Shown: positions 54,031 to 64,000 of the stretch, in pieces | How the letters are laid out: each line of letters starts with the position of its first letter | How positions within the stretch are numbered: the stretch's first letter is position 1 | Notes under the pieces: generated by a model | Databases searched by the model: none | Seen by the model: only the letters and a program-made list of their open reading frames with translations | What the model was told of the DNA's origin: nothing | Source of the DNA: an uncultured delta proteobacterium | GTDB lineage: Bacteria; Desulfobacterota; Desulfobacteria; Desulfobacterales; JAHEIW01 | NCBI GenBank assembly: GCA_963706575.1 | Contig: CAVPNL010000003.1 | Span: forward strand, 256,001-320,000 | Direction: 5' to 3' | Length of the DNA stretch: 64,000 nt | Translations under genes and position numbers: made by a program

Positions 54031-54230
54031 TGAGCGTTTCAAATTTTAAAAAATGGGGAAACCTTCTTATTTTTAAGAAATTCTATCGTTTTTACTTTTA
54101 AAATTTGAAACCCTGCGGGATTGTCGATCTTATCGCATCTACGGCGTCAGATGCCGTCCGCCGTCTTGCATAGTTAACTATAGCGGAACGACATCTTCCT
54201 TGTAGCTGCGGCAACCTCGACAATCGCTCA
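54031..54230. mobile_element. nested palindromic element (second MITE-like family)
   Basis: Outer tgagcg..cgctca; perfect 16-bp IR 54036-54051/54096-54111; IR gattgtcga/tcgacaatc; left end repeated at 48476-48502. Confidence 0.65.
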
Positions 54231-54823
54231 ATTTAGTTAAGATTTATTTTCTTTTTGATTCGTTAACGAAAACAACGCCAATGGGCTACATTTATGGCTT
54301 ATTGCACTAAATTGCAAGAATTTCATATGGGGAATAAAAGGACCGTTTTATAAACAGGTAATAATGATGTTTTGAAATTGTCAGATTATCGCTGATTCTG
54401 TAAAGCGGTGTTAAAAGGGATAGGGGGCATTCGTTTATAGCAGTGAGCACAAAAATCAGCTTTGTGCATATCGCTTATCAGATATCACGGTATTTTAGTC
54501 AGGGCTGATTTCAAATCTCTGTTGGCGTAATCTGCAATTTTGAGACTTGAAAATATTTGGGATTACCTGAAGATATATGTAATAAATTGCGGTTGTCTCT
54601 TTATAGCCGCAATATATAATTTTAAGAATTTGTGAATATCGTTTACAAATCTTAACCCTTTTATTTTTAATATTTAAAGTTTCCCGAAGGAATCAGTTCG
54701 GGGATAATTTGCGCAGAAATTGTTTCTTCCCACTTAATTAAGATTACACCATCTCTATCTATGTAATATGTAACATCATGCTTTTTCCCATCAGAGCCGG
54801 GTATTGAATCTTAATAAATAGCT

Positions 54824-55330
54824 TTATTTTTCCTTTAGATTGTTAACCTCCAGTAGTTTATTAACTTCCATCAATCTATGTGCTTTCTCTCTCTTAAGTT
54901 CAATATTGACTCTATCAGTATTAATATATCTCAGAGCCTCAGTAGGGCATATCCTTACGCATGTTGGATCACCATCACATTGATTACAAACTACTGCTTT
55001 TCCTAGCTTACGATCTACAAAACAAGCACCAAATGGACATGCGTAGCTACAAGCACTACAACCTATACATTTTCGATCATCAATTGCCAAGGAACCAGTT
55101 TCAGAATTCCTTTGGATAGCCTGATTTGGACAAACATGCATACACATTGCGGTTTCGCATTGCATACATGTCGATGGTACAACGTTAATTCGTCCATCTT
55201 TTTCCTTAATAATCGCCCTGATTCGAGAACGCTCGGGGTTACATTCACTTGAATTTCGTAATGAGCATGCAACTTCACACATTCGACAAGCAGTACATTT
55301 TGAGCTATCTATAATTACTACAAACCCCAT
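54824..55330 (-). CDS. 4Fe-4S dicluster electron-transfer subunit
   Basis: CTACRMCEVAC, CMQCETAMCMHVCP, CIGCSACSYACP, CNQC..CVRICP. Confidence 0.93.
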   Translation of the reverse strand: MGFVVIIDSSKCTACRMCEVACSLRNSSECNPERSRIRAIIKEKDGRINVVPSTCMQCETAMCMHVCPNQAIQRNSETGSLAIDDRKCIGCSACSYACPFGACFVDRKLGKAVVCNQCDGDPTCVRICPTEALRYINTDRVNIELKREKAHRLMEVNKLLEVNNLKEK

Positions 55331-55489
55331 GATCGTCTCCTTTTCACTTTTAAAATAGCACTGTCATATTCTTCAGGCATAGTAAAAAATAGCGAATTTT
55401 GAATCTTCATATGAAATTAGATTAAATCATATTCTATATCTTTGTAATTTGAAATTTTCGGCATAGGTTTGGCTGCACATGATATATAA

Positions 55490-57466
55490 TCACTTATTGT
55501 TAGAAAAGGGGGTAATCTTTTCTAAATCCATTGCGACATCGCCAAGATTTAGTTTTTGCAGTGTTTTAATAGTTGGAAATCCTGTTCGAATATCCCAGCC
55601 CATGCCTTTATAATAATCATCCTTCATCTTTTCAAATTTATTAATATCCAATTCATCATCCGGCCAGGTTCCGGGTAACTTTCTATTAAACAAGCGTTTT
55701 GGCAATGTATCATGATCCCTGCTGATGCCCTCTCTAATAACAAAAGCCCTTTCTTGGGCTGCTACTCTCGAAGAAGCTTCTAAAAGATCATCAATGCTTA
55801 TTTTACATCCTTGGCCCGCGGAAATTACTTCTGACTGAAATTCAATACCTAATCCCATATTTAACATGATTGTATTCCATCTGCATTGTCCCAACATATC
55901 ACTAACGGCACTCAATTTATGTGCTAATGCAGCCAAGCCTCCTCTTCCAGTATAATCGAATTGTCCAATTGAGATATTTTCTAAAAAATTCTCGGCTTCT
56001 TTTACCGCTTCTTTTACTATGGACATAGCCTTTTTGCCTTCCCAACTGTTCGGGTTGGCTAAACTGGTCATACCTGAACCTTTGTTTATACCTAACTTAT
56101 CGAATGATGCATAACGACTTCGAAATTCATCCCCGCCTCTAGGATTAACTGCAGAACCGATAGCTCTTGATCGCCAATTAATGACATTCGTGCCGCCCAT
56201 AGTTAATCCTTTTATATTCAGAGCTTCCTTAGGATTACCACCCACCTTATCTTTAGCTTCTTGAACAGAAGAGCCCAAAATTTCGCCGAATCCCTCCTTC
56301 TTACAAATTTTATCCATCATTATATTTATTGCGGTTCCATCACCCCAATTAAGTTCAATTCCGTCTAAATCCCGCTTTGTAATTTTCCCATTCTCATAAA
56401 GTTCCATTGCCCATGCCAGCATTCTTGCTGCAGTGATTACATCAAGTCCCATTTTCTGGCACTTTAGAGAAAATTCGTACCATGACCTAAAATTTGAGTC
56501 TTTTAACACCCACATGGTGGCCTGGTAAAAGTTACAGTTTGCCATTAACGGACCAAAATCAGGAATGTCATAATGATCAACACATCTGACCTGGCAGTTG
56601 AAACAACCAATTTTCCCGTCACCAACGCTGCTCTTATGCTTTTGCCAGAATGGCTCATGTCCATTCTTTAATTCTTTCTGCTTTTCCCATTCACTTGACT
56701 CATAATTTCCTAAAACATTTGCCCATGCTCCACCTTCGTTTTCTACTACCGGCTTTGTCTCGGCTCCAGATATCAGCGGTTTCTGTTTTTCTAAAGCTTG
56801 AAGGCACAGTTCTAAGAATCTACTGGAATCAAAAATAGAAATCCCTTTCGTTCCTCTAACTGCTAAAGCCTTAAGATTTTTTGATCCCATGACAGCCCCC
56901 ATTCCGGTTCTGCCGGCAGAATTTCCTAATCTACTTTGAATCGTTGCATAAACAACTTGGTTCTCACCAGCAGGGCCAATGCAAGCCACTTGTATATCAG
57001 GATCGGATAATGAATTTCTAATGGCTCCAGGAGTTTGGTAGCAATCCATGCCCCATAAATCTTGGGCGCTTCTTATTTGTATATCATCATTATCAATAGC
57101 AATATATACTGGCTCCTTTGATTTTCCCTCAACGACTAAACTATCAAAGCCCGCGTACTTAAGTTCTGGTCCCCAAAATCCTCCCATACTCGACATTCCG
57201 AGTAGCCCATTAGCAGGCGACTTAGCAGCAATTTCGGTACGACCTGACCCAGGTACCATAGTTCCTGTCAAAGGGCCAACGCTGAAAATTAGTTTGTTTT
57301 CAGGATCTAATGGTTTTATGTCGGGTGTTAGTTCCTTATACATAATACGTGAATTAAAACCTCGACCACCGATCCATTGCGAAACATATTTTGAGCTTGG
57401 CTCCATAGTTATCTTTTTTGATGTCAAGTTGACCCTAAGAATATTTCCGCCACGCAAATAACTCAT
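55490..57466 (-). CDS. aldehyde:ferredoxin oxidoreductase family (tungstopterin) protein
   Basis: GGFWGPELKYAGFD, IGPAGEN, GAVMGSKNLKA, CFNCQVRC, DxxGLD-like QKMGLD, YYKGMGWD. Confidence 0.92.
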   Translation of the reverse strand: MSYLRGGNILRVNLTSKKITMEPSSKYVSQWIGGRGFNSRIMYKELTPDIKPLDPENKLIFSVGPLTGTMVPGSGRTEIAAKSPANGLLGMSSMGGFWGPELKYAGFDSLVVEGKSKEPVYIAIDNDDIQIRSAQDLWGMDCYQTPGAIRNSLSDPDIQVACIGPAGENQVVYATIQSRLGNSAGRTGMGAVMGSKNLKALAVRGTKGISIFDSSRFLELCLQALEKQKPLISGAETKPVVENEGGAWANVLGNYESSEWEKQKELKNGHEPFWQKHKSSVGDGKIGCFNCQVRCVDHYDIPDFGPLMANCNFYQATMWVLKDSNFRSWYEFSLKCQKMGLDVITAARMLAWAMELYENGKITKRDLDGIELNWGDGTAINIMMDKICKKEGFGEILGSSVQEAKDKVGGNPKEALNIKGLTMGGTNVINWRSRAIGSAVNPRGGDEFRSRYASFDKLGINKGSGMTSLANPNSWEGKKAMSIVKEAVKEAENFLENISIGQFDYTGRGGLAALAHKLSAVSDMLGQCRWNTIMLNMGLGIEFQSEVISAGQGCKISIDDLLEASSRVAAQERAFVIREGISRDHDTLPKRLFNRKLPGTWPDDELDINKFEKMKDDYYKGMGWDIRTGFPTIKTLQKLNLGDVAMDLEKITPFSNNK

Positions 57467-58224
57467 TGTAATTTCCTCTCTTCGTCCAAAATTAATCGAG
57501 CAATTTTCAGCAAAGATAATTCATTGAACCTCAACTTTTCATTAATCATAATAAATTTAGGAGTCGGAAAATTTTTTATTTTTTGACAAGTAATGAATTG
57601 ATGCATTTGTACCGTTAATGAGAATATTTCATCACTATTCCATATTCATCTTGGGATGCAATACACAGGCCTCTTCAGAGCTCCAGACTACTTGCCATAG
57701 TCCTCAAAACGTCCGATTGTATTATCCATATGCAAATTATCACAGTTTTGCAAGATGTCAAAATGCAGGATGCGTGCATGAAGCTAATTTTATGAAGTGT
57801 TCGAATAATTTGAGATTAGAGTAAGGAAGGTGAATTTTTACAAAAGGTTAGATGTATAGCCGTTATATAAAATCGAACATATTTTTATATTATATTTTGT
57901 TTTATTAATTGCTCTAAAAAAGCCAAATAGCTTTTCCAAGTAAAAATTACCGATTAACAGAAAGAAAAAACACTAATTTACCTCAATAAAGCGCCGAAAT
58001 GGTTTTGGCTTAACATCACTGCCCTTATGGGGAAACAGCTATAAGGATTGGGGCTTTGCAAATAGGTTGGATATCTGCTACATATTGAATCTGTCATTAT
58101 CAGTAATTTCACAAGTCCTTTACTTCTTGGGATATTCCTTTTATCTTACTTTACCTCCAGGGATCATTGACAAAATTATCCAAATTTTTCCTAAGTAATC
58201 GTACGAAGTTGATGAGGACCAACT

Positions 58225-60246
58225 ATGTGGAAACGCGCTGTTTGCACTAAGGATTGTCCGGACACATGCGGTCTGTTGGCCGAGGTCAAGGACGGGCGGA
58301 TCGTAACCGTCAAGGGTGACCCGGATCACCCGTTCACTGACGGCTTTATCTGCAAGAAAGCCAGCCACTTTCCCGAACACGTCCACTCGCCAAAACGCAT
58401 CACCACCCCGCTCAGGCGGACCGGCCCCAAAGGTGCCGGCAAATTCGAACCGATCGATTGGGGCAAGGCCTTGGATGAAGTGGCCTCCTGGATCAAGTCC
58501 GTCTCCTCTGAATTCGGCCCTGAGGCCATCCTGCCATACTCCTATGGTGGACACATGGGCTTAGTCCACCGCAACGCTGGTCACGCCTTTTTCAATCGAT
58601 TGGGAGCCAGCTGCCTGAAGTACACCATCTGCAGTCCGGCGGCCACGGCCGGATACGAAGCCAGTCTGGGTAGTGGACCCAGCACCGAAATCCAATCGGT
58701 TTCCCAGTCAGATTACATAATTATTTGGGGCAGTAACACCCTGACCACCAACGTTCATGCCTGGCCCCATTTTAACATGGCCCGGAAGACCGGGGCTAAG
58801 CTAGTGGTCATCGATCCCTACCGCAATCGGACGGCCAAACGGGCCGATGTGCACCTGATGGTCAAACCTGGCACCGATGCCGCCCTGGCCCTTGCCATGA
58901 TACAGGTGCTGATTGACCGTGATCTGATCGATCGCGATTTCATCGCCCACAAAACAGTGGGCTTTGAGGAATTGAAGGTCAGGGCTGCAAAGTACACCCC
59001 GGCCCGGGCGGCCGATATCTGTGGTTTGTCCGAGGAGATGATAACCCGATTGGCCGAGGATTATGGACGGGCCAGGGCACCTTACATCCGAACCGGATGG
59101 GGGCCGGCCCGCCAGCTAAAAGGGGCCATGGCGATGCGGACCATCGCCCTGTTGCCCGCCCTGGTTGGAGCTTTTGATAAGCCGGGTGGAGGGATCACCC
59201 GCATGTTGGGTGGTGCGCCCAGCGACCTGAGGCGTTTGACACGATCGGATTTGCGTCCGCCCAGCACGCGGACTGTCAACATGGTTGAACTGGGGAACGC
59301 TCTGACCAGACTGGATGATCCGCCAATCAAACTGCTTTACGTCTATCTGTCCAACCCGGCCGTGGTGGCTCCGCAGTCCCGCGAGGTATTGACCGGATTG
59401 GCTCGTGAAGACCTGTTCGTAGTTGTTCAGGAGATGTTCCCAACCGACACTACCAGCTACGCCGATATCGTTCTGCCTGGGGCCAGTTTTCTAGAGGCCA
59501 CTGATCTTTACCGGGCCTATGGCCACAATTATATCCAAATGGCACAACCGGTCATTCCACCAGTGGGACAGAGCCGCTCCACCCTGACCATCTTCCAAGA
59601 TCTGGCGGCTCGTATCGGTTTTAAAGACGACGTCTTTTCCCTTCACGAGATGGACTTCATTGAAGGTTTTTTAAGTGAAGAGTCTCCCTATCTGGAGGGG
59701 GTCGATTTTGAGGCTTTAAAGTCCGGCCGGCCGGTGAGGCTAAACATACCGTCCAACCCTTATGCCGATGGATTCTCCACACCGTCAGGCAAAGTGGAAT
59801 TCTACTCGCAGGCGATGGCCGATCAGGGTCTCGATCCCCTTCCCGACGGTCAGCCGTTAAGGGATCCAAATGGCGGGGGTAGCTACAGCCTGGAATTCAT
59901 AACCCCACCCCACCATTTCTTCCTCAACTCGGCCTTCAACGAGATAGACAGACTAAGGGAAAGAGCTGGTCGGGCCCGGGTGATGATCCATCCCGAAACC
60001 GCCCGAATCAGGGGTATAGCCGACGGCGATCCAGTGAGGGTGTTCAATAACCGTGGAGAGTGCAGCTTTCTGGCCCAGGTGACCGATGACACCCAGGCCG
60101 GGCTTTTAGTGGCCGAGGGCCTGCACTGGCCCAGCCTTTCGCCCGGCGGCGGCGCTAACCAACTGACCAGTCAGCGGCTCACCGACATGGGTGAGACCTG
60201 TGCCTTCCATTGCAACTTGGTTGAAGTTCAACCACAGGGTAATTAA
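58225..60246 (+). CDS. molybdopterin (bis-MGD) oxidoreductase, uncharacterised subfamily
   Basis: CTKDCPDTC..C FeS motif, TICS, IDP, PGTD, TDTTSYADIVLP, TPSGKVEF; no Tat signal seen. Confidence 0.9.
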   Translation: MWKRAVCTKDCPDTCGLLAEVKDGRIVTVKGDPDHPFTDGFICKKASHFPEHVHSPKRITTPLRRTGPKGAGKFEPIDWGKALDEVASWIKSVSSEFGPEAILPYSYGGHMGLVHRNAGHAFFNRLGASCLKYTICSPAATAGYEASLGSGPSTEIQSVSQSDYIIIWGSNTLTTNVHAWPHFNMARKTGAKLVVIDPYRNRTAKRADVHLMVKPGTDAALALAMIQVLIDRDLIDRDFIAHKTVGFEELKVRAAKYTPARAADICGLSEEMITRLAEDYGRARAPYIRTGWGPARQLKGAMAMRTIALLPALVGAFDKPGGGITRMLGGAPSDLRRLTRSDLRPPSTRTVNMVELGNALTRLDDPPIKLLYVYLSNPAVVAPQSREVLTGLAREDLFVVVQEMFPTDTTSYADIVLPGASFLEATDLYRAYGHNYIQMAQPVIPPVGQSRSTLTIFQDLAARIGFKDDVFSLHEMDFIEGFLSEESPYLEGVDFEALKSGRPVRLNIPSNPYADGFSTPSGKVEFYSQAMADQGLDPLPDGQPLRDPNGGGSYSLEFITPPHHFFLNSAFNEIDRLRERAGRARVMIHPETARIRGIADGDPVRVFNNRGECSFLAQVTDDTQAGLLVAEGLHWPSLSPGGGANQLTSQRLTDMGETCAFHCNLVEVQPQGN

Positions 60247-60658
60247 GATACCAACAAATCAACCGGTATTCATAATTTTGGTCAGCTCAGACATCAACAG
60301 TGCACCCTAAGTGCCGGAGCACCAGACTGGATAATGCATTAGCTAAAGTAATCAATTACGGATAGAGATGTTGTATGGAGAATTTAGCACTTTGATATGA
60401 TAAAAATCACAATAATTGATTATTAGATCGGATTCTATAGATTAATCGGGACAAAACTAAGAGTGAAAAGCTTTTATTGGTTGAACTACTGGAATAGATG
60501 AAAAGAATATCAAAAAATATGGTGGTCTCATGTTGTATTAAGTCAATAATAAGGGAGCCTTCACAGCAGGTATCTGACCACCCTTTCCTTGGCAAGTGTC
60601 AAGACAAGTTCGTTTTCTCTCAATTTGTCAGTGTCTTATAATATTTGATTTTTTGCTA

Positions 60659-60868
60659 TTAATCCTGAACATGGGATGTATCATTCAATTTAAGCAATTT
60701 CTTCCTTGTTTTCTCTGGAAGATCATTTAATTCAATATAGGGCTGATCCCCCCAGCCAAGAACTTCAACGGATTTTCCATCAGTCTTGGCCCAAACAAGA
60801 CCTAAACTTGGGAGAGGAATTTTGGTGTATTCAGGGCTAAAGTCTCCAAATCGCTTCGGCTTAAACAT
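60659..60868 (-). CDS. hypothetical protein (69 aa)
   Basis: RBS-like AAGGGA, directly downstream of acs. Confidence 0.55.
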   Translation of the reverse strand: MFKPKRFGDFSPEYTKIPLPSLGLVWAKTDGKSVEVLGWGDQPYIELNDLPEKTRKKLLKLNDTSHVQD

Positions 60869-60892
60869 GGTATTCCCTTCTTAGTACGCTTA

Positions 60893-62929
60893 CTATTTGT
60901 CTGTGACCAAATGTTTGATATCATCAACAATGTCGGGATTTGCCAATGAGGTTACATCTCCAACGTCCCTTTTATTCGATAGGTCACCGAGAACCCGTCG
61001 CATAATCTTTCCGGACCTTGTCTTCGGCATATCTTTTACGATCCATATTTTTCTCGGTTTTGCGATTTTTCCGATTGCGTCACAGACGATATCCGAAATT
61101 CTGTTAGCTAATTCATCGCTGGCCTCGAATCCAGGTTTTAAAGCAACGTACAAATCCGGTACCTTTCCCTTGATTTCGTGAGCTACAGGCACCACCGCCG
61201 CTTCTGCTACCTCCGGGACAACCAGCGCGGCCGATTCGATTTCTTTGGTTCCAAGCCGGTGTCCGGAAACATTGATGACGTCGTCAACTCGTCCTAAGAT
61301 GCGATAATATCCATCTTCGGTCTCCACTGCAGCATCACCGGCAAAATACGGCCAATCGCGCCAATCCTTGCTTTTCATGTTTTTGCAGTATTTTTTATAA
61401 TATTGAGCTATATAGCGATGGCGGTCACCCCATATGGTCTGAAAAGCACCTGGCCACGGGTTTTGAATGCAAATATTCCCAGCCTTGCCGGATCCTCTCT
61501 CAACGATATTGCCCTCTTCATCATAGATGATCGGATGAATTCCTGGCATTCCCGGACCGGCACTGCCGGGTTTCATGGGGGTTACGGCCGGAATCGTGCT
61601 GCACAAGAAACCCCCGTTTTCCGTCTGCCACCAGGTATCGACGATGGCCGCCTTGCCCTTGCCTACGACCTCGTAGTACCATTTCCAAACTTCCGGTTCG
61701 ATAGGTTCGCCGACGGTGGTCATGTGCTTGAATTTATAATCATACTTGACGGGTTCATCCGGGCCGATTTTGCGCAGAGCCCGGATGGCGGTGGGAGCGG
61801 TGTGGAAAATGTTGACATCCAGGTTCCGGGCGATTCGCCAGGGGCGCCCCGGATCTGGAAAGTTGGGCACGCCTTCGTAGACGACCGATGACGCGCAAAG
61901 TGCCAGAGGACCGTAAACAATATATGAATGTCCGGTAATCCAACCGATGTCGGCCATACACCAGTATACGTCCTCCGGGTGGATGTCCTGCACGTATTTG
62001 GATGTGCCGGCAACATAAGCGAGGTAACCACCGGTGCCGTGCTGGCAGCCTTTCGGTTTACCGGTTGTACCGCTGGTGTACATCAAAAACAGCGGGGCTT
62101 CAGCGGGCATGGGAACCGGATCGATGCGTTGACCATAGTAGTTTTTTAGAACGTCGTTTACAAAATAATCTCGACCTTTCACCATGGGTGTCTCGCTTGA
62201 ACTTTTCCCCGGATAACGCTGCCAGACAAGCACCTTATCCACTTTCTGGCCGTCCTTCTCAGCCAGCTCAACAGCAATATCTGCGTTTTCTTTGTGATTC
62301 AGCAGATTCCCGGCTCTGTAATAGGCATCCGTTGTGATGAGGACGTTACTACCGGAATCAACGATTCGATCAGCACACGCCCTCCCGCTGAATCCACCGA
62401 ACACCTCAGAATGGATAACTCCGAGACGGGCGCAAGCCAGCATGGTGATGGGAAGCTCGGCGACCATCGGCATGTGGAGAGTTACTCGATCTCCGGCTTT
62501 TAACCCCGCAAAATCCCTTAACAATGCCGCAAACTCATTTACCCGGACATAAAGTTCCTGATAAGTGATATGTTCGACTTTTTCTTCTTCGGGTTCGGGA
62601 ACAAAATGGATAGCCGTCTTGTTTTTGTTCTTGGCCAAATGACGATCCACACAATTATAACTGGCGTTGATCTTGCCCCCGACAAACCATTTCCAGCAGG
62701 GTGCATCGCTGGTATCAAGGATAGTATGCCAGTACTCATACCAGTCGAGAAGATCCGCATACTCCTTGAAACAATTGGGAAAGTTGTCCAGGCTGAATCG
62801 TTCAAAGATCCCGGGATCGGTCATATTGGCCTGGGCAATAAATTCTGACGAAGGATAATAGTATTTCTCCTCTTGCCAGTGAACAGCGATTTGTGCTTCA
62901 GATGTTTCGACAACTTCTTTTTCTGCCAT
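60893..62929 (-). CDS. acs: acetate--CoA ligase (acetyl-CoA synthetase)
   Basis: NASYNCVDRH, YTSGTTGKPKG, DTWWQTE, GRVDDVINVSGHR, PKTRSGKIMRR; ATG 62929 with AAGGAG RBS. Confidence 0.96.
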   Translation of the reverse strand: MAEKEVVETSEAQIAVHWQEEKYYYPSSEFIAQANMTDPGIFERFSLDNFPNCFKEYADLLDWYEYWHTILDTSDAPCWKWFVGGKINASYNCVDRHLAKNKNKTAIHFVPEPEEEKVEHITYQELYVRVNEFAALLRDFAGLKAGDRVTLHMPMVAELPITMLACARLGVIHSEVFGGFSGRACADRIVDSGSNVLITTDAYYRAGNLLNHKENADIAVELAEKDGQKVDKVLVWQRYPGKSSSETPMVKGRDYFVNDVLKNYYGQRIDPVPMPAEAPLFLMYTSGTTGKPKGCQHGTGGYLAYVAGTSKYVQDIHPEDVYWCMADIGWITGHSYIVYGPLALCASSVVYEGVPNFPDPGRPWRIARNLDVNIFHTAPTAIRALRKIGPDEPVKYDYKFKHMTTVGEPIEPEVWKWYYEVVGKGKAAIVDTWWQTENGGFLCSTIPAVTPMKPGSAGPGMPGIHPIIYDEEGNIVERGSGKAGNICIQNPWPGAFQTIWGDRHRYIAQYYKKYCKNMKSKDWRDWPYFAGDAAVETEDGYYRILGRVDDVINVSGHRLGTKEIESAALVVPEVAEAAVVPVAHEIKGKVPDLYVALKPGFEASDELANRISDIVCDAIGKIAKPRKIWIVKDMPKTRSGKIMRRVLGDLSNKRDVGDVTSLANPDIVDDIKHLVTDK

Positions 62930-63121
62930 GAGTGCGCTCTCCTTGACTTGTAATCGCGTTGTTAATGAAGCCTGTAAAACCTTACTTTGTATTATAATTT
63001 TGACTCGAACCACATGCTAAAAAATAAATTAAGTGTCAATGCCGTTTCATTAAACGTTTTATAAGGCCAAAAACTTAGCAAACGAGTCAAGTTTCAATAT
63101 ATTGTGGTACAAAAAACAAAC

Positions 63122-63205
63122 AGATACTGGATCCCGGTTTCTGGATACTGGATAAAATAAGGAATGCTTTCTTCTTATCTACCCAGCATCGAGCATCCGG
63201 CATCG
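63122..63205. repeat. heptamer-repeat palindrome upstream of acs
   Basis: gatactg gatcccg gtttctg gatactg gata / ccagcat cgagcat ccggcat c. Confidence 0.7.
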
Positions 63206-63489
63206 CTTCGCCTCACCAACGGAATATGATTCTCAGCAACTCGTCGGTTTGAGGCGAAGCTTCGCTATCAAATGGGTTTGTAGACGGTAGGTATAGTGAA
63301 ATTGTTTTAGTTTTATTCTGTGCTTACGCTGATGTTTTCTTCCGGGGCGAACTCGTTCGGTGGTTTGAGCATATATTTTTTGCCATTTGTTCGGTGCTCA
63401 CCGGACAGCAGCAGTTGTTCATTACCAACCAGCATGCCACCAAGGAAGTGCGTGATATCCTGACAAAAGGCCCAAAGGAGCAAGCAACT

Positions 63490-63697
63490 GATAACAGCTT
63501 ATATAGCTGCGATGACGGATGAGGTATTTCTGGCTGATACCAAAACGTAATACGCCGTAATCCGTAATCTGAAAATCATCGGCGAGGCTACCAAAAACCT
63601 GTCCGCTGAATTGCGGGCCAAGTATCCCGACCTCCCCTGGAGAAGTATGGCAGCGGTCAGGGATAGGTTAATTCATAATTGCAGAAGGAGCGGCTAA
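63490..63697 (+). pseudogene. HepT/DUF86 RNase toxin remnant
   Basis: MTDEVFLADTKT*YAVIRNLKIIGEATKNLSAELRAKYPDLPWRSMAAVRDRLIH: RX4H motif, internal TAA, truncated ends, no MNT partner seen. Confidence 0.75.
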
Positions 63698-64000
63698 CTC
63701 TTCGCTGCACCGGATCTTGCTGTCGGGCCTGGAATCGGCGGTCGCAGGCCCTTTGAAGTGACGAAACAGGATAACATCGACTAGCAAGGTCATTGACCCC
63801 ATAGAAGATACGCCGTCCGTTTTGCCCGAAGATCCTTCCACCGGACCCTTGCCATCGTGGGGACTATGCTATCGGATCTTACGGTTCCGTGAGGCAACGA
63901 TAATAATGTTGCGAGGCCGGCGAGTTTGGCCCGAATTCAATTTTCTGTGACGACTATTTCAAAAATATTTGGACACAAATACGCTCCGCTAGAAAAGATG

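Noticed and set aside
55490..57466. Bona fide class II benzoyl-CoA reductase (bamB)
   Set aside because: No bamD-I or aromatic-degradation genes here, and the His/Glu-rich active-site segment of BamB is not evident; kept only as BamB-like.
57657..57672. sigma54 promoter for the AOR-family gene (AGGCCTGTGTATTGCA, minus)
   Set aside because: Weak -24 element; insufficient support.

Overview
Bacterial chromosome segment, probably from a Desulfobacterales-like (Desulfobacterota) organism; the taxon is inferred from gene style. 1-13.5 kb (minus strand) is a flagellar basal-body and export cluster: probable fliK start, fliJ-I-H-G-F-E, flgC-B, FleR/FleS/FleQ-like regulators and an HDOD protein, with several sigma54 promoters. 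14.1-15.9 kb holds a short alphaproteobacterial-type flagellin with flbT and flaF, behind two tandem sigma28 promoters. 16-33.8 kb is a convergent glycan-modification island. It encodes a GT41 (OGT/SPINDLY-like) TPR transferase, a giant ~2,640-aa sulfotransferase + 5 glycosyltransferase + TPR protein split by a 1-nt frameshift, two more sulfotransferases, a pyruvyltransferase, WbqC and a VioA-like aminotransferase. Its sigma54 promoters carry FleQ-type boxes, making it the best candidate for an undescribed system: flagellar-regulon-coupled synthesis of a sulfated flagellin or surface glycan. 34-54 kb has a TPR protein and hybrid kinase (both with sigma28-like promoters), then housekeeping genes: PBP1A, an argA-like acetyltransferase, radC, gpsA, gyrA, an AI-2E transporter, thiolase, NRDE, rarA and der. 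54-60 kb has an AT-rich W-AOR-family/FeS pair with a BamB-like Cys and a molybdopterin oxidoreductase, followed by acs and a HepT/DUF86 remnant. Intergenic regions carry several families of palindromic MITE-like and tandem-repeat hairpin elements. Many genes have single-base frameshifts that are most likely sequencing errors.
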